A stretch of 64,000 bases of DNA from Nymphaea colorata. Lineage: Eukaryota. Under the pieces are notes generated by a model. It was given only the letters and a program-made list of their open reading frames with translations, was not told where the DNA came from and did not search any database. A program made the translations under genes and the position numbers. Position 1 is the first letter of the stretch. Each line of letters opens with the position of its first letter. Below are positions 39,619 through 49,129 of this stretch, in pieces. The stretch is taken from assembly GCF_008831285.2 (NCBI RefSeq), contig NC_045138.2:13330001-13394000 (forward strand), given 5' to 3'.

Positions 39619-41995
39619 CGAACAGGCGTATTGACTAACAAAGTTGTAGTTTGACAATGCATACTTAGTAAAGGATTAAGCTAGACTTATCTTACCCCCA
39701 TTGAAGCAGCAACCATCCTGTGAAAGGGCCCATGTTCTGTGTATATATTAGTGACCTTAATGTTTAGACACATTCTCTGTAAGAGCCTTTGCTTGTCCAG
39801 CTCAAAAGCAATACGCCAGCTTCTTTCCTTTGACTTTTACAAGTACAAAGCAATGTATCCAGTTCATCACATTGTGCATGTTCTGTACAATAATATGAAT
39901 AAATCTGATTGGCCTGTGTATATTGTTCTTATGGTTCACCTAAGAATGAATCAATGTATCTAACCTTAAACAGGTTAGCGATATTTAAGAAAATGTTGCA
40001 GTTGTGGCTGATTATGTCTTCAATAGCTATCTCTATTAAATCATCTCTAGTTGCTGTTTCATGGTAGCATTCGACGACACTAAATAAGGTTCCACTACAA
40101 ATTCAGTATGCTGCACAACAACAAAGCTCTCCGGCTTCTGAATAGTCATTAGGAGCATGAGCATGTGGTGAGCAAAAAGCAAGAGAGGGTTGCCTTATCT
40201 CACCATTCTAGCCTGATCTTTTTTTACGTCCGTACTCACCCGAAGCTTTTCCCCATCAAAACTTTCCTCGTTATACAAAAATAAGCAGCTATAAGTATGT
40301 AGTATATTATCAGCAAAACTTCAGGAGTACGGGCCTGTCATCTTATATTGATATTTGATAGAGACCAGGGAGTAAGTAAGAACAGATACTCTTTCAATTT
40401 TCAGCTTATTTTTCGTTCTTGAGTATAAATACTCTTCTAAAAGCCCAAAAAGATGGAAAACTTCTACCCACGAAACAAGATCCACTCCCATATTGTAATT
40501 AAATTCAGAAATGACGTCACGGATAGATGGATGTCTTAAGTGTATAGATTTTTGTCGACTCTTTTTCACGAAGAAATTGCAAGTTTAATTGCATGTTTGG
40601 CACTAAAATCGTCTTTGACTTTTCTGGCACGGCCTATGTGGCATGGCAAAAGATAACCTCCCCGTGGTACCAAACGACCCTCAAAGGACAGGTTACCCAA
40701 GTCCCTTTCCAAATAATGAAGATAGCAAAATGCATGTCTATGTGAACCCTTTGCGTGTGCGTCAGTGGAGGTTGACGCTTAAACCAGATACGCCACCAGA
40801 AGATAATGCGGGTCCTCCAGAGCTTGCTCTACAGAGTGGATGTTCCCCAGAAATGGTTTGAGCAGTAACGGCTCTCCTACATATGTAACAGGTGTAAGAT
40901 CAAGGTGTAGACATGGCCATGTGAATGAGATCGCAGAGTTAACAAAGGACATGCTCAAAAGATATCGGACTTGGATTCATCAGCAGATTGGGATGAAGAT
41001 CAATCTGTTGGCCAAACAAAACACACTGCATATTTATCTACTAATCCCCATGATAACTGCATCAACGCTCATGTTGTTGGCTTGGTTCATAAGGACTTAC
41101 TTATCAGAAATGAGAAATGGTAACTGCACAACCATCCAGATGCTTGGGTAGGATCAACGACGAAAAGATTTTGTGGGTTTAATGTATGGAGGAGTGTATG
41201 AATAGAGAATTTGACGATGTGTGGTCACTTAATGTTCTGTTCCGCTAGACAAGAAAATTGACTCATTGAGAATCAACTACTCAAACAGGAAACAAGAGAT
41301 TCCGAATGAATGGTGAAAGAACAGACAGCATACAATCGCTTCGTGAAGTTATTAGGGTATGTCCGGAACAGAGAATGGTTCCTGAGAGGGAGAGGAATGT
41401 GCTGAACAATATTTATGTCTTAAAATGCATGCCAAATTGATTAGCAACTGGAAATATACAAACTCTATGATAGAAAAGCTGCAAGATATGTAGTTCCTAG
41501 CAGTATGCCATTTGTAACAAGATTAGCCTAGGAAAATTCCAGTTAATCCCTGATGGCCACCGCCATACGGATAGAAAAGAAGCTAAATAATCAATTTGGC
41601 CACCTGCTAAAAATGGATGGAGATAAAGATTCAGAGAGAAAGAGAGACAAAGGCCACTCACCTGTGGTGTTGTACAAGGCTTTTGACTCTTTGTATTGAT
41701 CAGTGTTCTTTTGTGTCTCATCCATGTTTCTCTTACTCCATCATCGAGGAGGGAAGGAAGGAAAAAAAAGTGGAAGAGAAGAAACCTTCCCATCCCCCTT
41801 TTTCACGTTTATTCTTTTTATAGTCTTTCTTTTCTTTTCCTTTTCATTTTATTTTTTATCGGTTGTTTAATATATATATATATATATATATAATAAATTA
41901 TTTAAATGACACTTTCTAAAATTAAGTTTTTTAAAAAACTGAATTTAATAAAAAAAAAAATTCAATGTTAAGTAGTTTTAAAAATTGTTTTGTAT

Positions 41996-42174
41996 GAATG
42001 GCCGAGCCAAAAAAATTTTGTTGAAGGGGCATATGTTTAAAAACATTTATATTTGGTAGGGCACCTATATATGTATAAAATTAAATCTTAAATTGATCAA
42101 TGTAAAAATAATCTAATTTTAAAGAGCTGGAGTGGGCAACTGCCCACCCTGACCCACATGTGGGTACGCCACTG
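41996..42174. mobile_element. CAGTGGCG-type MITE; a second copy at 49487-49703 lies inside the segmental duplicate
   Basis: Right end gtacgccactg and degenerate left end gaatggccgagcc (caatggtcgagtc in the copy). The 8-bp flanks are ttttgtat / gtttgtgt. Confidence 0.55.
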
Positions 42175-45100
42175 GTTTGTGTGTTTGGGTAAGAGATTGG
42201 CACATGATTTTGTAAGCAAAACCACATTTTACCTCAAAAACTTTGTCATCCAAATGCTCTTTTCTAAAAAAGATTCAATCCAAGGGTGGACCAGAATCAC
42301 TATCTAAAGAGAAGAATAAAATATAAAAACCAACAAAATAAGATTTATAAAAAACAAATTTTACCTTTTAACAATAGGAAAAATACTGTAAAATGAAAAC
42401 GAAAATGCCCCAACCTTACCGACTTCAAATCCAAGGATGACGAGACCAAATGGAAGGGAAGAAGCTGTTTTGAGGACAAGAAAATGAATGAAATGGTACA
42501 ATGCCTATTAAGACCTTCTATTTGATTGTAATTGCTCTCTTCCTCTTGCTCTCATCTCTCTTTACAATATGCTAGCTGAACTTGAATAATAAATTGTCCA
42601 CTCATAATCCAAACAACAATTTGTTTTCTCTCATTCTCTACAGTAGATAGAAGAGTGGACCAACATTTTCAAAATCGGTTTCTGACTCAAATCTGCGGCC
42701 TTTAATGATTCAATGAATCGGTCAATTAAATCATTTGTGAATTGGATGGACATAACAAAGTGTGTTTTTTATAAAAAAAATAAATACTTAAAAAAGGTTA
42801 GCAAAATAAAAAAAATGAAGTAAATGCATAACACCTTCATAGAAAAGAAAAGATGCCAAAAATGAAAAACAATAAAAAATTGACGTAAAAAGTGCCATGA
42901 ATTTATTAGGTCACCCAATATACTTAAAAAAAAAAACCTCCATCGTGATAGCAGGCACTAAATATATAGTTACAATTTCTAAATTGGCCTTGGGGTATTT
43001 ACTGTGGATCTGCCCGGACCCTGGCTTTTTTAAAGTTAAGGTTTTGAAATTTGGCATAGGCTTTTCAGAGACCCACATCTGCCAAGGGGACTAAAACGAA
43101 CAAATCATATGAGTCTTTCTTTTGGAGATGATTCTCTAGTTTTGTCCAAATCATTCCTTCTTACTTTTCCATCGACATTTCCTTCCCCTCCTCCATCCAA
43201 ACACCCACTCCTCGTAAATGTTGAGCGCTTATTTATTATTTTTCAAAGTTGGGTGCTGCTTTGTTATTATCTCAAAAATGATATTTTTTTACCAATATTA
43301 TACATTTTTGTGTAAAGTATGTTAAATAATAAATTAAATACAATTTGTAGTATTAATTGAAATAATAGAAATATTTGTTCACAATATAGCCTTCTTAAAC
43401 GTTTTTTAAATATATATTTTTAAGTATGAAACCGTAAAACAACAAAGATATTATATGATAAAGTTCATCTTTATTACCAAGCGGTTAAAATGCCAAGCAC
43501 AAACAGAGTGTGGGACAAGACGCAAAACGACGATAAAAGGTTGCCGTCTTCCGGAAAACACAAACAGCCAAGTTCATCTATCAATCACTCTTTTCTGCGA
43601 CTTCCGGGAAAAAGGTTGCCGTCTTCCAAGTTTGGTGCATATCAAGGAAAAACTGAGCTAGGGTTTCGACGAATTCAACAAGGTGGGAGGCGAGAGTGGT
43701 CGAGTGTCTGGTCCATTAGATTACATGAAATACTAACATAATGTTCCTAATGTCCCGTGAAAGATGTTTCTAATTCCAATTGTTCTCCTGTTGAACTCTT
43801 GTCCCTTGAAATATACTATTAAATGGTTTTGCTCAATGGTTTTGCTCTTCAGACGCTGACCTTTTTGAACTCACATTTTACTTTTAACAGAGCTTCGTTA
43901 AATCATGTTCTTCAGAAGGAAGAAACTTTTGAATTCACTATGCATATCAAACCATTTAGGAAGTCTCTTTTTTTGAGTTGTAGTGAGGAATTTGGCACAC
44001 TAACTCGGGCCAGTGCCTGATGGACATTAGACGTTGCGCAAGCCCGAGGAGGGGGCAAGGTAGCCTTAGAATTTTACACTTTCTAGTCCCTCAACTCTAT
44101 TTCTTCAAGTCAGAAAATGAAAAAAAAAAAAAAAAAAAAAAAGTCTTACCCATGCCAAACTCAATCACATAAAATGATTCTTACCCTACCTTGATGCCTT
44201 AACATACGTCTAATGGGCATCATTTCTTATTTGGGTGTGAAGAAATTGAACCCGTGACAAAGTTACTGGACAGCATGAAACAATTCCTTGAAGGCCAGAA
44301 AAGATGTCAACCTGCGACGCTTGGTCGTTAACTCAATCTTCAATTTGAATTTTCCCCAGAGACACTGTGTAATCTGAGGAAGTTCTTTCTGTCAAAACTC
44401 AAAAGCGTCCAAAAAGTATAGTATGTGTGCAAAACACATTTTTTCGCGAAAAGCAAGTGAAGTTGTAAATCAATGTCCCCATCTTTTAAAGAAGTTTCTG
44501 TGAATGTCACAACACCATCATTCTCGAGCACACGCCGTGGTTTTGAGTTTTGTTCACCAAGCTGGTAATGAGAAAACGTTTTCAGGTGTCTTTTTCTTTC
44601 TTCTTGGTTTGGCTGGTAATTGGTATTCAAATGGAGACCAACTTAGTTCTTTAAGAATGTTTACGCTAACTTAATTTTAATCTGATTATTAAGAATCTGG
44701 TTTACCCTTCGACTTCTGGAATCTGGTGTGACGTTGATTGGCCAAGTGCCGAATTCAGAAAGAACGAAGATAGAGAGCGCCAATGCACGTGACGTTTGTC
44801 AAAAAAGAGAGCAAAAAAATGCAGGAGGGGTTGGCTTTCCCTTGATTCCAGTGCCCGAGTTGGTCGGTGTCCGAAGACACCATCTTTCCTTGGCGAAGGG
44901 CCTTCTTTTTCTACTTTTATTGTTATTACTTCCTCTCTTATTGAAACCCTTCTCGTTTACGAATGCAGGAGCTTGAACCCAAATAAATTTTATTAGATAC
45001 CTGCTGCTGATGTTAAAAGGAACACAATAAAGAGTTACAGTTTACCACGATAAAAGGATGGAAAGAATGCCACAGTTCCTTATAACGCTTTTGTTTTTCC

Positions 45101-45500
45101 CTTTTCGATCTATCTGTCTCTCTCTCTCTCGCTCTCTAATCTCTATTCCTTTTGTCCCCGTTTGCCGGAGACTTCAGGTTGCTTCAGATTGAACCCATCT
45201 CAAATTTCTGCTCCTGCATCGGCGTCGCAGCTACTACACTGTACAAGGCTTCATTTCTTCTTGACTCTTCTTGCTCTTGCAAGTTCTTATGTGAGCAAGG
45301 CTTTATAGATTCTGCATTGCCGCAACCGCATAACTCTCCAAAAGGTCTCTCCCTCTTTTTTTCTCATAACCTGTATGGTTTTCTACGCGATTTTCCCTGT
45401 TGGACCGAGAATTAACTTAATGCATTGCTGTTTTTCTTGTTTGCTAACGCCACCTCACCATCACTGCACTTGAGCTCGGTCATTCCTGTAACCTCGCCCT

Positions 45501-45533
<33 letters not shown>

Positions 45534-45772
45534 GCCGGAGAAGGAACGGAAAAGAAGACAAGGAAAAATTTCTAAAAACCAACACTTGAGCTCGGTCATT
45601 CCTGTAACCTCGCCCTCTCTCTCTCTCTCTCTCTCTCACCAGAGAAGGAACGGAAAAGAAGACGAGGAAAATTTTCTAAAAACCAACTTCCACATTTCTC
45701 ATGTGGTACTGAAAAAGGGGGAAAGAAGAAAAATACAGAAGCTGCAGAGCAGGAATTCGTTTGAAGAATGCC

Positions 45773-48462
45773 ATGACATCGAGCATTTCTGAGCAAGACA
45801 TTTTAGCTGGGGAAACCCGAACCTTCGGTTCAGACGTGTTGGGCTCCTGTACACGGAAGGCACACGACCACAGGTAAAAGGAAGCGCAAAGATGCTATAA
45901 CCACCACCACCTTGGATGTAGAGGAGTCCGTTTGTTTGCCGAATGCGCTGCTCGCGTTGCTTCGTGCAGACATCACTGAATTTTGATTCTAATGCTGAGG
46001 CGTGTAATGATAAATTAGGTTCCATAAGTCAGCATGCTGCTGAAAGAGGAAGGCCTACTGCAGGAAACCCCAGCGAACCTGCTGTAGTTGATCTTAACGG
46101 CTCCTTGAATAATATACCCGCTTCTCATCTTTGTCTCTCTCAGAATTCTTCACCTTCTCTACTCGAGAGAAAATCTTCATCAAGGTGGAACGCAAAGAAT
46201 ATGGCTCGCAAGAAAAACAGTGTAGATAATGGTTATATTAGGGAAAAGCATCAGGGACATTTTGTGAATAGCCATGAGTCTGCAGACATGCCACGATGCG
46301 GTCTGCAAAATCTTTATGACACCAGCCAGCAGGACGATACAATCATATCAATTGAATCTCAGAGCAGCATACAAACATCCTCTACAATCTCGACGGGTCT
46401 GGTTCAAGTACAACTCCACGCAAAGGGCGAACCATCTTCTATGGATTTACAAGAGCAGCAGAACAGGCACATATAGCAGTCTCATACCTCATCTGTTCAA
46501 AGAAAGTTTCAGGAACAGGGAGACAGAAACGAGCCCTCAGGAACAGCAATCATATGTAATGTCTAGCACTCCTGCCCAGAAAGGTTCCACTTGGGAGGTT
46601 AGAAGTGTCACAACAGAAACCAGCAAGAAGGTTGTGATCTCGCGATCAGGTAGGAAGAAAGCAACAGAACCCGCAATCATGTACACAAGGAAAACTCTTT
46701 GAAACAGAGCGAGGAGCAGCAAGGTCTCATTACTCAGTGTTATCCAGGGGAAAAGTACTTTAATTTTCAAAATGTGCAAGGCAATGATATGGCTCGTCAA
46801 AGTACAGGTAAAGGTAACAAGAAGTCCAAGGAAAGCGCTTATTCATGCTCTTCACCCTAGAACTTTCTTTGCAATTAACCACGGTTTCATGCTACAAAGT
46901 TCTACACAAAAAAGAGAAGATGACATTGCCTGCGGTCCCCAAACTTGCCAAGAATCTATGTCCTGGATAGACTTGCTCAAAGGATAACCAAGAAGCGCTG
47001 CTCCTGGATAGACTTGCTCATACAAGGTACCAAAAATAGGCACTCCTCTCTATCCATCTTTCACTCCTCTCTGTCCATCTTTCATATAAATCTGCCACTC
47101 CTGAAAATCCATCCTCAACATGGTCCCGCAAAAGCTGCTATTTCAGACGATTTCATGATGCTAGTATTCCCTTACATGGCAGGCTTTTGCACTGAATCAC
47201 TGTACCAAGTATACAGGAAGCTTCTACATACTGCACCACATGTCAAGTTGAATAAGCTGTTAAAGACTTACGAATGATATCGCATACACAAACAAAATGT
47301 TGAAGTTTAGGTGATAAAAAAGATTAAAGCTGTCCAGTTGTTTTACGTGAAAGTGTTCAGTTTTTAAGTTCTATAAAACAACAATAAAATTAGTGACAGT
47401 TTTTCCAATAGGTTTGATGTCAGTAAGGAATTGAAGGCAAGGATTAGATGTTATCCTAGCACCGTTCCTCAAACATGTCAATCAACAGGACCTTCAAAAA
47501 TATTGCAGCTTATAGTCCTGTGATTAAGGATCAATGGATATAATACAGTCATACAACAGATTCTACAAAATATAATTGACGGTATTATAACCGTTGGAGG
47601 TTGACATGCTTTTTGCAGGTGACAGGCGCTTCTCCCAGTGGAAAGGATCTGTCGTGGACTCCATTGTTGGAGTCTTTCTTGCACAGAATGTTTTGGACCA
47701 TCTCTCAAGGTGTGTTGTTGTTGTCGTAAGTTCTGCTTTCATGGCACTTGCAGCACGCTTTCCACTAAATGAGGAAAGGGAGACCGCAAGACTTGGCAAT
47801 AATAAAATCGACACATCTCCTCAAGTACAACAGGTTAAGACTCACCTGGTAGCAACCGCAACAAGCACTTCCAATCCATTGTTGACAGCAATATACCACC
47901 AAGCTGAGGATGAGAATTTGCTCTGTTTTTCTGCAATTTCCTCCCAAAATTTGACTGATTTTACCACTCAGGCTGTCAATCAAATTGGATCAAGTCCAGA
48001 GTGTGCTACTCCAGCAGATGAGTTTATGAACAGATATAGCAAGATAATCTCTGAAAAGGAAATTAGAATAAAGATACCGTGCCACCATCCTGCCTCATGC
48101 ATCGGAGAAGAAATACGAACCCTGCCTGATGAACAACTAAAATCCTTGCAGGTTTTAGGAGCAGGGCCTTCACTTGAAATAGACAATTGCCCTAAGATAA
48201 ATGGTGAGAGCAAGACTTCGTCAGCGGAAGCCACATCCTCCGTCACAATCTTTGCCCAGGAGGCACATAGAATCAGTTCCGTAGACGAAGCGACAAATAC
48301 AGATTTACAGTCTAAAAGTTCTCAAGAAGGGCACCGCTTGATGGTGAAAGGAAGTTTGCATTTTTCCAGCAAAGGGAGGGAAACTGTGGACGTGGAATCA
48401 TCAGAACAAGCAAAACTAGTTGAGAACCAGAAACCCTTGGAAAGCAAGCTTGCCGACTGTTT
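45773..48462 (+). pseudogene. Truncated ROS1/DME paralog lacking the glycosylase, Fe-S and C-terminal domains
   Basis: The ATG is kept at 45773 but reaches TAA after ~35 codons because of a ~570-bp deletion, and further stops follow (e.g. 46474-46476). Intron 1 is retained (donor 47027, acceptor 47618). Homology to the parent ends at parent position ~33935, so exons 5-18 are absent. Confidence 0.92.
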
Positions 48463-49129
48463 CACTCACACGATTTCCACTCAACTATTTAAGAAGAGAG
48501 ACAGAGGCCAGGCAGCTCACCGGTGGTGTCTGTATGACTCTCTATATCTACATTGATCCATGTTTTTTTGTGTCTCATCTCGGTTTCTCCTACTCCTCCA
48601 TAGCGAGCTAAGGGAAAGAAAAAAAATGAAGGAAAAGGACGATGGGAGGTTCAGGGCGATAGAATGAACAGGTTCCTAAAGAAAAACCTGAAAAGTGCAT
48701 GGTTTTGTTCTTCTTCCCCTCTTGACGATGATGGAGGAGTAGGAGAAACAGGGATGAAACACAAAAAAAGAACATGGATCAATATAGAGAATCAAAAAGT
48801 GTCTTACAGACACCACCGGTGAGCGGCGAGCGGCCTCTATCTTTCTTTCTGGTGAGCAGCCTCTGCCTCTCTTTCTAATAGTTGAGTGGAAATAGTGTGA
48901 GTGGAAACAGTCGCAAGCTTGCTTTCCAAGGGTTAGGGTTTCTGGTGCTCAATTATTTTTGCTTGTTTTGATGAATCTACGTCCACGGTTTCCTCCCTTC
49001 ACTGAAAAAATACAAACTTCCTTTCACTATCAAACAGTGCCCTTCTTGAGGGTTTTTAGCCTGTAAATCTATCTGTTTCTTTGTCTAGAAAACTAATTCT
49101 ATGTGCCTCGTGTGCAAAGATTGTGAGGA
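48239..49129. ncRNA. Long inverted repeat (arms ~48239-48625 and ~48703-49129, loop ~75 nt); candidate hairpin RNA / proto-MIRNA with ROS1 exon-4 sequence in the stem
   Basis: The reverse complement of 48903-49129 aligns to 48239-48462 and to parent 33711-33935, e.g. cttggaaagcaagcttgc and gaggcacatagaat. The inner stem pairs ctcaccggtggtgtctgta with tacagacaccaccggtgag, and gtttctcctactcctccat with atggaggagtaggagaaac. The inverted repeat is certain; transcription is not shown. Confidence 0.6.
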
